Source: a virus (lineage: Duplodnaviria; Caudoviricetes). Taken from it: a stretch of DNA of 62,920 bases. Positions 28,963-39,542 of this stretch are shown piece after piece. Made by a program: the position numbers and the translations under genes. The DNA is taken from positions 1-62,920 of IMG/VR virus record IMGVR_UViG_3300043391_000241; one strand, 5' to 3'. A model generated the notes under the pieces. That model had not been told where the DNA came from. It worked only from the letters and a program-made list of their open reading frames with translations, and searched no databases. Every line of letters starts with the position of its first letter. The first letter of the stretch is position 1.

Positions 28963-29588
28963 GAAACGTAAACCTTCCGAAAGCAAGAGTTTACATTCGC
29001 TGCGATGCGTTCGGTGGATCTGCTACTGAGTTTGAACCTGCATGGCTTGTAAGCGTTCGGGCAATCCGTAACCGCCCATTCGTGTTTCAGGTATGGGTAG
29101 ACAAATACGCCGCTTGCTACGATAAAATACCGCCGCAGTGCGTATATCACTACGAGCCAGACGGCGACCAGACAGACCTGCCTTTGCACAAAGTACAGAT
29201 GTGGGAATGCCTTAGCGGATCAGTAGAGTTGTGGCAGAAGTCTCAACTTACGGACGTGCCGATGCTTGTAAACTTAGGTGAAGGCAAGTACGCAAAAGGC
29301 CATTATTGGTTTACGCTGGACTTCCTGCCCGAAGGAAATTCTTTAGGCGTTATGGATGTGGGCGATTCGGAACTTCTTGAAGAACACAAAGAAGGAAACG
29401 TCGTAAAGCTCGACAACGGACAGATTGCAATCTACCCGAACAACCGCTTGAAGTGGATGCCCATTAGCCTAACGCCTAAAGAGGCAGGCACGCGCATTCC
29501 GAACTGGAGCGTTGCCACTAACGAACAGTGGGACGACTGGTGGCAGGACTCGACTGAATTCTTAGGCGATGCAAAATGGGCTTATTAA
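28959..29588 (+). CDS. Hypothetical Trp-rich phage protein
   Basis: 209-aa ORF with ATGA overlap. Confidence 0.75.
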   Translation: MRNVNLPKARVYIRCDAFGGSATEFEPAWLVSVRAIRNRPFVFQVWVDKYAACYDKIPPQCVYHYEPDGDQTDLPLHKVQMWECLSGSVELWQKSQLTDVPMLVNLGEGKYAKGHYWFTLDFLPEGNSLGVMDVGDSELLEEHKEGNVVKLDNGQIAIYPNNRLKWMPISLTPKEAGTRIPNWSVATNEQWDDWWQDSTEFLGDAKWAY

Positions 29589-29617
29589 AATCGCAACTAC
29601 AAATTAAACTCGCAACT

Positions 29618-30253
29618 ATGAACACACAATACAACGACCCCAAAGGCGCAGCAGGCGCACTGAAAACACCGTTAGGCTTAATCCCATCCTACGCAATGGA
29701 ACAAACTGCGTGGGTACACAAGTTAGGCGCAGAAAAATACGGACCGTACAACTGGCGCAAAACTGGCGTTTGTGCCAGCACCTACGTCAACGCCATCCTA
29801 CGACACCTTAACGCATGGCGTGACGGTGAAACACTTGATCCTGAATCTGGCATCAGTCATCTGGCACACGTTGCCTGTAGCTGTAACATCTTACTTGATG
29901 CAGGATTCTGTGGCACGTTGCAGGATGACCGTAACATTATGCCGCCTAATGCAGTGGACAAGCCTGTTCCTGAAATGGATAGGCCAACGCTACCTATCGA
30001 GAAGAAATATAGATTACTTAAAGTAGGAGAGCTTGTTCAGGATGGTGATGAGCATTGCTGTCCTGATTCTGGAGAATGGAAACCTACAGCTATGGGGGGT
30101 CTGCGCTATATTGGACCTTACTCGTTCCCACACCGCCGCAAAGTAGAAGCGAACGAGCCTGATCTTTGCACTTGCGGCAGGATCAAAGTTTACCACTTCA
30201 TGTTGGGCCTAATATGCGAAGACTGCGAAATCCAATGGCAAGACCCTTATTGA
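29618..30253 (+). CDS. dATP/dGTP diphosphohydrolase domain protein (DUF5664)
   Basis: GAEKYGPYNW, RHLNAW-DGE and DPESGISHLAH motifs. Confidence 0.85.
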   Translation: MNTQYNDPKGAAGALKTPLGLIPSYAMEQTAWVHKLGAEKYGPYNWRKTGVCASTYVNAILRHLNAWRDGETLDPESGISHLAHVACSCNILLDAGFCGTLQDDRNIMPPNAVDKPVPEMDRPTLPIEKKYRLLKVGELVQDGDEHCCPDSGEWKPTAMGGLRYIGPYSFPHRRKVEANEPDLCTCGRIKVYHFMLGLICEDCEIQWQDPY

Positions 30254-30290
30254 TTTTGCTACACACTAAAACCACTAATTTTACTAACCA

Positions 30291-30662
30291 ATGAGAATAC
30301 CAGATCCCATTAAGATTAAAGGCCATTACGGCACGCACACTTGTACAGCGATCCCGCTTTCGGATTCACTGTTCCAGATTAAGTTTGAGGGCGACAGCGT
30401 TATGGTCCGCTGCGGCGGGTTTGCTGACGACCCAACAGGCAAACAGGGCTTGAGCTACATTGATCCAGCAGGAGGACCGTTTATCGGCGTAGGCTCTATC
30501 GCACAGCAGTACCATAAGGACTTGCCGAACCGCCGAATTAAGCGGATTGTAAGCAACGAAGGCGCAACGCTTATCCATGTTGAGTCCGTTGACGACGATC
30601 TGGATGAGCCGTTGGGTGAAGCCTGTTCGCTTGCAGATCCCGACTGCGAAAGCTGCCAATGA
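30291..30662 (+). CDS. Hypothetical protein with C-terminal ACSLADPDCESCQ
   Basis: ORF; the tail resembles ribonucleotide reductase C-termini. Confidence 0.7.
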   Translation: MRIPDPIKIKGHYGTHTCTAIPLSDSLFQIKFEGDSVMVRCGGFADDPTGKQGLSYIDPAGGPFIGVGSIAQQYHKDLPNRRIKRIVSNEGATLIHVESVDDDLDEPLGEACSLADPDCESCQ

Positions 30663-30706
30663 AAATAATTTGAAATTTTTCTTGCGCTTTGCACGCGAAA
30701 GAACTA

Positions 30707-30803
30707 TGACTGATTCTGTTGGTGCTGTTGTGGGCTTGGCCCGTCCCACAACGTAAAGGTTCCATGCAGACTCCAAATTTGCAGAAAGTCAACGGGCCGT
30801 CAC
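30707..30803 (+). ncRNA. Candidate structured leader RNA with a pseudoknot
   Basis: GTTGTGGG/CCCACAAC hairpin whose loop GGCCCGT complements ACGGGCC at 30792. Confidence 0.5.
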
Positions 30804-30815
30804 TCTACTAAAACT

Positions 30816-33520
30816 ATGAAAATAACACTAGAACTCTGGTCAGACCAGACCTGCATTACGGAAGAAACCAACTCATCACTGTGGGTGATGAGTCTCAACG
30901 GGAAAGATTTCCCGCCAAATAAAGACTCACTAATGACATTGGAAACTGCCCACAAAATTGTGGGTAAATTACTTGAAATTGAAGAACTAGCATCAGACGA
31001 CACATGAACAAAGAAAACGCAAAAGATTACTTGCATCTAGTACAAGCATTAGCAGATGGAAAGACAATCCAATTTAAAACAACTAGTGGTAATTGGGAAG
31101 ATCAAGTAAATTTACATTTTTCCCTTGACCCAGAAGACTACCGCATCAAACCAGAACCGCGCACATGGAAGGTATGGGCGCATAAAAACGACAATGACAT
31201 TGTGGCATCTATGCCTACTGCTTGGAATACGGATAATACATGGAAACGCATCACTGTGCAGGAGGTGCTGGAATGATGGACGGGGTATATCTTGATGAGC
31301 ATGGCAACAAGTTCGTCCTAAAAAACGATAGGTGGATCGTAGAATGCTGCGACGAACCGAGTGGACTTGTAGGAGGCATCTGCGATTTTTGCGGAGGAGA
31401 AGTACAGCCAGATCTAGAAGGAGTTTTGACTTACAAACAACCAAACCAAAATGACTGAGACACCAGAAACAGAGTATTACGACCGAGAATTATCTCATTC
31501 TCCTATTGCTCGCGAGCTTAAAATTCAACGCGATGCCGCCATTGCCGAACGCGACGACGCCAGACGCGAGGCGGAACGATGGAGGGACTGCTTCAAGACT
31601 GGGATGAGTCTGCAACCCAAGGCTCCGAGTCAGATATTTCCTTGGGAGAACAACCAAAATGACTGACACACGAATATGGACAAACTACGAAAACCAACCA
31701 AAATGAATGACACACCAGAAACAGAGGCAAACGATCAAGCGTGGGCGTACAATATGCAATACGATACGTTTAGTTCGTTAATGGATAATCCGCTGCCGTG
31801 GGATGAGTTTGCCCGAAAGCTAGAACGCGAACGCGATGAGGCAATTCGATCCTGCCATATCTGGCAGAAGGGCCATGCTGAACTTGGGGAAGAGCGAGAT
31901 AGGTGGATTATTTTTTATCATGCCGCCATTGCCGAACGCAATGAGGCACGGGAGCAGCGCGACGAGCTGGCGAAAGCCTTAGAAGAATGCAAAGAAGACT
32001 CAATCGAACTATTGGGGGAACGCTCTTGGTGGAAAGATGAGCCGCGATCTGATTACAAGAAACGCTATAAAGATATTGAGAACAACATCGCCAGAGCTGA
32101 TGCTGCATTGGCAGCAGTAAACCAACCAACCAACCAAAATGACTAACGAAACAATCCAACTGATCATTGCCGCAATCGTAGTAACTGTAATGGCGTTAAT
32201 CTGGAGTAAATATATATTCTAAAAAGATCAAAAAATGACTAACGAACAAATCAACAAAGCAATAGCTAAAGCTGTAGGATGGGAATCTGAAACGAGCGGC
32301 CCATCGTGGTACGAGTACGAAACCAAAATGCCAAACTATGCAGGATGCCTCAACGCCATGCATGAGGCTATTGAAACTATAAGCGTTGGTGAAAAATCGA
32401 CCTACATCATACATCTTATGGATATATGTCGCGAACATCCAATTGGGTGTGTACCAGATTGGACGCGAGATAAGCAATCATTAGCTAGATTAGTTCAAGC
32501 CACCGCTCGCCAGCGAGCAGAAGCCTTCCTGCGGACACTTGGGAAATGGGAGGAGGAAGCATGAGAATCAGCACTGAAGCACTTATTGAGGCACTACGCA
32601 TTTTGGCTAACGAAATCCAAAGCGAAGATGGAGTCACCAGCGCAGCTATTGAAGAAGCAGCGGATCGGATGGAGGAACTATGCAGCGAACTGCTATTTCA
32701 AAAACAACTCGCAGAGAAATACGTCGAAGCAGGGAAGATCTGCGCGAAGATTTACATAGCGCGGAACATTTCGCTTTCAGAAAAATGCGTTGTTTCAGCA
32801 CTTGCTGAAATAGACAAACTTTACCGAACACATCACAATGAAAACTGAACTAGAAATCTGGAAATCAAGAGCGCAAGCACATGAGGAAAACTACTTACGG
32901 ATGCTCAAGCGCATTGATGAAGTTGTTGCAGAACGCGATGAGGCAGTTCGTAGTTGCCATATTTGGCAGAAGGGACACTCCGATATTGTTACCGAACGTG
33001 ACTTGTGGCGACAAGAAGCAGATCGTTGGCGCATCATGTACATCCAGTACGAAGAATTGCTGGAAGGACAAATACAAGAAGCTGTGGCACGCCTTAACAA
33101 AGTTTGGGCAGGTCTTGATAAGCTCAAGAAGAAGGTACAAGATGACCTACGCGAAGACTAAGTTGCAGTGGTGCAGACGCTGCCAGCAGGATAAGCCCGT
33201 ACGCGAATTCTACGAAAGCCACCGCACACGTTGTATGCGCTGTATGTCAGAATGCGCCAAAGAACGCCTATCCGATCCTGTAAAACGGCAGCAGCAACGT
33301 GATCGCTGCAAGAAGAACTACTACGAAAAGAAAGCAAATGACTGAAGACATTGTAATTACAACGCTCAAGAACTCGTACTTCAAACGCCTGAAACTTTCC
33401 TTAAAAAAGTTTGACAAGAAGCTGGAAGACGAATTAGATCTCATCGAAGCCGCTATTAGAGATCGGCAACGACAACTCTCAGAAGACGAACAAACACAAA
33501 ACTATGGCACAAACACCTGA
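30816..33520 (+). other. Cluster of ~11 small hypothetical CDSs (starts 30816, 31004, ~31273, 31451, 31676, 32235, ~32561, 32838, 33142, ~33338), including coiled-coil ERDEA-repeat proteins and a CxxC..CxxC Zn-finger protein at 33142..33345
   Basis: Head-to-tail ORFs with overlapping start/stop codons. Confidence 0.7.
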
Positions 33521-34616
33521 TCACGCATCACGCGGACACGCAGAATTCTCGCCCTCCTCTCTCAAGTACGTAGCTGGCTGTGCTGGCTATCACGGAAAGG
33601 AAGGGTCTTCCGCAGCTGCGGAAATGGGAACACGGATTCATGAAGCTCTTGAAATCTTCAATCCATCCGCACTCCACAACGAAGAAGAACTCCACATCTA
33701 CGAGCAAATCGTAGCGATGGAGCAGGACTTCTTAGCCAACTTTCCTGCGAACGGAGTCGAGCATAACGAGATCCAAGTTACTGTTGAACTCAACGGTACT
33801 GAAACATGGGGTACTTGCGACCGCCTTATCATTTTCGGCAACAAAGCCGTTATGGCAGACTACAAGACTGGCATCAGCATCATCGATCCGCCAGAGAAGA
33901 ACTGGCAAGCGAAGGCTTATACGATTGGCGCATTCCAGAAGTTCCCTGAACTGGAGGAGATCACGTTCGTGTTCTACGTGCCGCAGCACTACGCTTCGCT
34001 ACACCACACGTTTACCCGCGCAGACGATCTTCAGCCGATGATCGACGAACTGAGCGAGATTATCAAGAAAGCCGAAGCGGTCAGGCCAAAATGGGAAAAC
34101 GGTGCGCCAGCACTAAACGAGTGTACGCCTACAGTGAACTGCCGTTTCTGCCGCCATGAAGATCACTGTCCAGCTTTAGGCGGACTCATCATCGAAGTCG
34201 CGGAGAAGCTTAATCCGCAGCTTCCCGACATCGATCTTGAAAACGCTGATGATCCAGCCGTCATCGAAGAGCTTTGGTTCATCGCCAAAATCGTCAGCAA
34301 CTGGTCTGATCGTCTGAAGGAACGTGCGATGGAACTCGCTAAAGACGGCGCAGTCTTTCCGACGCTCAAACTCCGTTCAATGGGCGCAACGAAAAAAGTT
34401 GTGGACAACGACGGATTAGTTGCTATTGCTCTTTCGCACGGCATGGACGCTGCCGAAGTCCTGTCTCACGCTTCCATTCCGTTCGGGAAGATCACGAAAG
34501 CTGTTGCGGACAAGCACGCAAAAGGTGACCGCAAAAAGATTTCAGATTATTTTATTGACGCCTGTGAAGAACAAGGCATCATCGAAACCTCTGACGAACG
34601 CTTCACACTTCGGTGA
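33504..34616 (+). CDS. DUF2800 / Cas4-like PD-(D/E)XK exonuclease
   Basis: HAEFSPSS...C, GTRIHE, GTCD, DYKTG, NWQ and CRFC...CP motifs. Confidence 0.88.
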   Translation: MAQTPDHASRGHAEFSPSSLKYVAGCAGYHGKEGSSAAAEMGTRIHEALEIFNPSALHNEEELHIYEQIVAMEQDFLANFPANGVEHNEIQVTVELNGTETWGTCDRLIIFGNKAVMADYKTGISIIDPPEKNWQAKAYTIGAFQKFPELEEITFVFYVPQHYASLHHTFTRADDLQPMIDELSEIIKKAEAVRPKWENGAPALNECTPTVNCRFCRHEDHCPALGGLIIEVAEKLNPQLPDIDLENADDPAVIEELWFIAKIVSNWSDRLKERAMELAKDGAVFPTLKLRSMGATKKVVDNDGLVAIALSHGMDAAEVLSHASIPFGKITKAVADKHAKGDRKKISDYFIDACEEQGIIETSDERFTLR

Positions 34617-34653
34617 ATCGGGAGTCAAAAACAAGAAACAAGAAACACGAAAT

Positions 34654-35289
34654 ATGTCAACAGATGTTGTACCCGTAAAGAAAGATCAAATTTCAAACTA
34701 TAGTGGTTTGTCAATTGATGCCGCAGATATCGATATTCAACGTATCAATATCGTCCAGAAGACAAGTGATATCGAAGCCTCTGTAGGTTCCGTAGTACTG
34801 GATAAAAAGCATGTCCTCCTTAAAAGTGAAGAGACTACCGAAGTAGTCGTACTCTCCGCTCTCAAAGGATGGCGCGAAGATATCCCGTATGATGACGATG
34901 GGATTCCCCGCATCGCCTACACGCAGCAAGAGAAGGAAGCTATCGCAAGCCAGTCAGATTATGACATGCTTGAGTTCGCTGAAATCGTCTTGCTCTTCCC
35001 TCAACCAAAAGAGGGAGTCGATGATGACACATATCCGTACCCAATCGGAGATCGTAACTACGCAATGGGTAAACTGAATGTGGCTAAAGACGCATACCGC
35101 CAGACGTACAAGCGTTTGGCTACATTTGCCGCCTTTAATCGCACCACTCCGTTGCAAAGTCGTTTGTGGAATTTCCAATCGGGAATCATCACAAAAGGAA
35201 AGTACAGCTGGTATGCGCCGTCTCTGAGCATTACTCAGAACTCGCCAGATCCTGCCGTAATTGAATTCGCATCAACCTTCGCACAATAA
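34654..35289 (+). CDS. Putative ssDNA-binding / recombination protein
   Basis: Lies between DUF2800 and the polymerase; RINIVQKTS and KGKYSWY-xP motifs. Confidence 0.55.
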   Translation: MSTDVVPVKKDQISNYSGLSIDAADIDIQRINIVQKTSDIEASVGSVVLDKKHVLLKSEETTEVVVLSALKGWREDIPYDDDGIPRIAYTQQEKEAIASQSDYDMLEFAEIVLLFPQPKEGVDDDTYPYPIGDRNYAMGKLNVAKDAYRQTYKRLATFAAFNRTTPLQSRLWNFQSGIITKGKYSWYAPSLSITQNSPDPAVIEFASTFAQ

Positions 35290-35290
35290 T

Positions 35291-35536
35291 ATGGAAAACG
35301 TAGAAACTGAACGGGAATATACTGACGCTGAACTGGAAGCAGAAATCATCGATGGTGAAATCGAGATGCTATCAGGAATGATTCATGAGCTAATTCAAAA
35401 ACAACGAGAGCTTGATTTTAATCTAGCCAAGCTTCAGATTGTTCGTGATCGACTCATGTCAACAGTAGGAGAAAATGATCCTATGCCAGAGCAGCCAGAG
35501 CAATTTGAGTTGCCCTTCGATGTCGTAACAGACTAA
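35291..35536 (+). CDS. Small acidic coiled-coil protein
   Basis: In frame with ORF 35261..35536. Confidence 0.65.
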   Translation: MENVETEREYTDAELEAEIIDGEIEMLSGMIHELIQKQRELDFNLAKLQIVRDRLMSTVGENDPMPEQPEQFELPFDVVTD

Positions 35537-35550
35537 ACAAAACCACCTAT

Positions 35551-35590
35551 AGCCCCCACTGGTCTATGTCTAAACCAGTGGGGGCTTTTT
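35551..35590 (+). terminator. Intrinsic terminator
   Basis: AGCCCCCACTGGT...ACCAGTGGGGGCT followed by a T run. Confidence 0.85.
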
Positions 35591-35614
35591 AATGCCAAAA
35601 ATAGACACACCATT

Positions 35615-37378
35615 ATGACTACATACGCACTAGATTTTGAAACCTACTATGATAAGAGGTGTTCAATAAAAAAATTAGGCCCATTGGGCTATTTCTCGCA
35701 CCCTGACTTTTCAGCCTATATGGTGTCAGTGGTTGGCGATAACGGGTATACGTTCGTTGGAGATCCAAAAGACTTCGACTGGACGCTATTACAGGACAAC
35801 ATTATTCTTTCGCACAATGCTTCCTTCGACGAGACGCTCTACCTTTATGGCGTCACTCAGAATTGGTGGCCCTCTGTTCAAGCTGCCGAATGGTACTGCA
35901 CAGCAGATATGGCGGCATATTGTGGGCTTCCTCGCTCGTTGAAAGGCGCAACTGCTGTTGCCTATAATCTTACTGTGGATAAGTCTACAAGAGATAATAT
36001 GAGCAACAAGACGTGGGAAAAGATGTCTGAGGACTTCAAGAAAGAAGTCAGCGAGTACGCACTCAAAGATTCTGAACTCTGCTTAAAGCTCTGGCAGGAC
36101 TATTCTCCAAAATGGCCGAAGCGTGAGCAAGAGATCAGCTTAGTGAATCGACGCTGTTCTCAACGCGGAATCCCTATGGATACGGAGTTACTCCGCGAGC
36201 AGAAGGAGGTTCTTAACGCAAAGCTATTTGAAGCGGAAGAAGCCATTCCGTGGTTAGGTGATAGGCCGTTGCTTAGTCGTCCAGCCTTCGACGATCAGTG
36301 TCGCCTTGTCGGCATTGAGCCTCCTGCAAGTCTCGCAGAAGGAGATCCAGATGCACAGGAGTGGCTTAGGATGTACGGCAAGAAGTATGCGTGGGTCGAA
36401 GCCGTTAAGAACTGGCGTAGAATCAACGCACTCAAGAAGAAGATCGAGTCGTTTGACTTCGCTACGATGCCAGATGGCCGCTACTACGGCGGCATCATGT
36501 ACTTCGGAGCGCATACAGGACGCTTCAGCGGATCAGGCGGAAATCTTAATCTTCAGAATCTTCCTAAGGGCGCGATGTTCGGAGTCAATCTTCGCAACTT
36601 GATCGCGCCAAAACCCAACCGTAGACTACTCGCAGTCGATCTTTCGCAGATCGAAGTTCGTACTCTATGCTGGCTCGCTAAGGATTCTGAGACTCTCAAA
36701 GAGATTGCAGAATGCTCCGACATCTACGAAGCGTTTGCAATTCGATTCGGCCTTTGGAAGAAGTCCAAAGGCTCGATGAAAGCAAATGATCCAGCTCTCC
36801 GCCACAAAGTGAAAGCAATGGTGTTGGGCTGCGGATACGGAGCAGGATCGGCTAAGTTTGCAGTCATGTCTGGCATGACTGAGAAGGAAGCTGAAGAAGC
36901 TGTCTCACTCTATCGAAGGAAGATGAGCAAAGTTAAGAAGCTTTGGGGGGAACTCAACTCTAATATGGTTACGGCATACGATATGGCTGTGCCGTACACT
37001 GAAGAGATTCCTAGTGGGCGTAGTCTTAATTACGGTCGCCTAAAGCTGTCCAAGACTTCGGGTAATAAGCTCAACTACGTGGCGATCATGCCCCGTGATG
37101 GCAAGCGACTCCCCGTCAAACTATGGGGCGGATTACTTGCTGAGAATCTTAGTCAGGCACTGGCGCGTGATATCTTTTCGGATATGCTCTGTAAGATCCA
37201 TAACGCTGGCTTTGAAATCGTAATGCACGTCCACGACGAAGTTATCGTAGAGGTTGATTCGGACAAAGCCGAAGAGAGCTTGAAACAAATCATCAAAATC
37301 ATGTCCACTGCTCCAGAGTGGATTCCAGACATTCCACTTTCCGCTGAAGGAGACATCTTAACCTGTTATACAAAATGA
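35615..37378 (+). CDS. polA: Family A DNA polymerase with 3'-5' exonuclease
   Basis: DFETY, HNASFD, TGRFSG, DLSQIEVR, KAMVLGCGYG and HVHDE motifs. Confidence 0.95.
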   Translation: MTTYALDFETYYDKRCSIKKLGPLGYFSHPDFSAYMVSVVGDNGYTFVGDPKDFDWTLLQDNIILSHNASFDETLYLYGVTQNWWPSVQAAEWYCTADMAAYCGLPRSLKGATAVAYNLTVDKSTRDNMSNKTWEKMSEDFKKEVSEYALKDSELCLKLWQDYSPKWPKREQEISLVNRRCSQRGIPMDTELLREQKEVLNAKLFEAEEAIPWLGDRPLLSRPAFDDQCRLVGIEPPASLAEGDPDAQEWLRMYGKKYAWVEAVKNWRRINALKKKIESFDFATMPDGRYYGGIMYFGAHTGRFSGSGGNLNLQNLPKGAMFGVNLRNLIAPKPNRRLLAVDLSQIEVRTLCWLAKDSETLKEIAECSDIYEAFAIRFGLWKKSKGSMKANDPALRHKVKAMVLGCGYGAGSAKFAVMSGMTEKEAEEAVSLYRRKMSKVKKLWGELNSNMVTAYDMAVPYTEEIPSGRSLNYGRLKLSKTSGNKLNYVAIMPRDGKRLPVKLWGGLLAENLSQALARDIFSDMLCKIHNAGFEIVMHVHDEVIVEVDSDKAEESLKQIIKIMSTAPEWIPDIPLSAEGDILTCYTK

Positions 37379-39528
37379 ACTATCGTTACCTTAAAAATCT
37401 ACGTGAGACTAAAACCGTCAAAGCTACTAGCCTTGACAAACTGAATAAGCCAAAACCAAAGTTTGCCTCCAAAGCAGACTTCAGAGCGTGGTGTGCCGAT
37501 CTAAGCACTGATCACGTATTCTATAGTGCTGTGGAAGGAAGCACTCCGTCGAAGCGAATTGCAAATGACAACCCGCCAAATCGGATCTACGGAGTAGTAG
37601 CTGACTACGATGCGCCAGTTAATTGGGGCAGCGTCGATAGTGACATTGGAGCTAAGTGCGGCATTAACCTCCCAACATGGAGGACTAAAACGCAGTCGGG
37701 ATACCTGCGGCTCGTATGGGAATTCGACAACGGCATTCCGATTGCGCCTGAGATGTTCGATAGCTTCATGAAGCACATAAATGCGTCGTTGAAGATGGAC
37801 AGGCTCTTTGCGGGCTTCGATAGTACGTCGCTTAAAGCAAGTCAGTACTTTGAGTTAGGAGAAGACTGGCATAACTTAGGCGGTCACATTTCTGACGCGA
37901 CAGTTCAGACTGCGCTGATGAAAGCGGCAAACGATAATCCACCCCAATCAAATGATACATCGATTCCGATTGCCATTATCGCAGCTGAAGTCGAAACCCG
38001 ATTCCCGAATCGTTGGATCGGAGACTTCGATATTGGATCACGCGGGCCGTTGTTCTGGATCGACGATGGAATTAACAGGGACGGGTGTCAGGTTTCAGAG
38101 GACGGGATCATCTGTTACTCTGACCGCGCTGGCAAAGGATTCGTAACATGGAAGGAGATCTTCGGAGCGAAGTTCGTTAAGGAGTACGAGGAGAAGAAGA
38201 TGGGCAATCTGCTGGACGAGTACTGGTACAACGGACGCTCGTTCTTCAAAGTACTCTTCAATTCTGCTGTCACGATTCCACGCGAGCAACTTGTTCTTGA
38301 GCTTCGTCAATCAGGATTCTCCGTCAAGATGAAGAAAGGCCAGCCCCTTTCGGAAGTCGAAGCGGCGATCCTCACGATTTCAAACCAGAATCGAATCGAC
38401 GAGATCGCGCCAGTCGTATTCTCTAAGGATCGCGTTGTCTCGTATAACGGGAATCGAATCCTCAATTGCGCGAACATCAATCCAGTCGAAGCGAGTGACG
38501 ATGGAGATCCAGCGAATTGGCCTTTCATCCATACGTGGCTAAACCAGTTGTTCGTCAACACGCCTACGCAAGCACCCACAGTCGAGTACTTGTATTCGTG
38601 GCTCAAGCGGTTCTACGCCGCTGTCATTGATCGGGAGTTTGTTCAAGGACAGGCGTTACTGCTTGTCGGGCCGACAAACAAAGGCAAGTCGCTCCTGTCA
38701 AACAAAGTGATCTCAGGACTAGTCGGCGGCTATGCTGATGCGTCTGATTACTTGTCGGGCCAGACAAAGTTCAACAAGGACTTGGGTCGGGTAGCCGCAT
38801 GGGTGATTGATGATACAACGTCAGCCGCTTCCTTTCAGGATCAGCGGAAGGCGACTGAACTCATCAAGCGATCCGTTGCCAATCCGCGAGTCGAATATCA
38901 GGCAAAGTATGCAGATGCTCTTTCCGTTCCGTGGACTGGCCGCGTCATTCTGTCACTCAACATGGATGCCAACAGTCTCTCTGTGATTCCAGCACTAGAT
39001 AGTAGTAATAGAGACAAGCTCATGGCGATGCGGATCAGCGATAAGGCGACGAGTAACTTCCCACGAAACTCCGTCTTAGAGGCTACTATCGAGCAAGAGC
39101 TTCCGCACTTCGCACGTTGGCTACTCGACTGGAAGATTCCAAAGTCTATCGAAGACGTTGGCCGCTTTGGGATCGTGAGCTACATCGATGAGTCCGTTGC
39201 TTCAGCGGCTTACGATAACTCAAGTCGTTCGTCCGTTGCAGAGCTTGTCGAGTTCTTTGCGAAGCGTTGTAGAGATCTTACGCCAGACAAGCCCACATGG
39301 TGTGGTACGCTTACAGAGTTTCAGGTTGCACTACATGACTTCAACAACGGGCGTACTGTCGGTATGTCGAGCAATCTGGAATTCGTCCGTCGCGGTATGT
39401 CTACGATGGAGGAAGCTAGTCGGAATAACAAGCACTTGAGGCCCGTCAAGTCTCATGGACAAGGCGGCGGGAAGATTTGGGAAGTCGCCTTAGACTCTAA
39501 GTTCGATATTACAATCACTGACGCCTAA
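37375..39528 (+). CDS. Primase-helicase (prim-pol-like N-terminus, DUF5906-type P-loop)
   Basis: VADYD, TQSGYLRLVW, GPTNKGKS and WVIDD motifs. Confidence 0.8.
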   Translation: MNYRYLKNLRETKTVKATSLDKLNKPKPKFASKADFRAWCADLSTDHVFYSAVEGSTPSKRIANDNPPNRIYGVVADYDAPVNWGSVDSDIGAKCGINLPTWRTKTQSGYLRLVWEFDNGIPIAPEMFDSFMKHINASLKMDRLFAGFDSTSLKASQYFELGEDWHNLGGHISDATVQTALMKAANDNPPQSNDTSIPIAIIAAEVETRFPNRWIGDFDIGSRGPLFWIDDGINRDGCQVSEDGIICYSDRAGKGFVTWKEIFGAKFVKEYEEKKMGNLLDEYWYNGRSFFKVLFNSAVTIPREQLVLELRQSGFSVKMKKGQPLSEVEAAILTISNQNRIDEIAPVVFSKDRVVSYNGNRILNCANINPVEASDDGDPANWPFIHTWLNQLFVNTPTQAPTVEYLYSWLKRFYAAVIDREFVQGQALLLVGPTNKGKSLLSNKVISGLVGGYADASDYLSGQTKFNKDLGRVAAWVIDDTTSAASFQDQRKATELIKRSVANPRVEYQAKYADALSVPWTGRVILSLNMDANSLSVIPALDSSNRDKLMAMRISDKATSNFPRNSVLEATIEQELPHFARWLLDWKIPKSIEDVGRFGIVSYIDESVASAAYDNSSRSSVAELVEFFAKRCRDLTPDKPTWCGTLTEFQVALHDFNNGRTVGMSSNLEFVRRGMSTMEEASRNNKHLRPVKSHGQGGGKIWEVALDSKFDITITDA

Positions 39529-39542
39529 GAATACTTAATTCC

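Noticed and set aside
29618-30253. Z-genome (2-aminoadenine) pathway
   Set aside because: No PurZ gene seen; DUF5664 alone is common in phages
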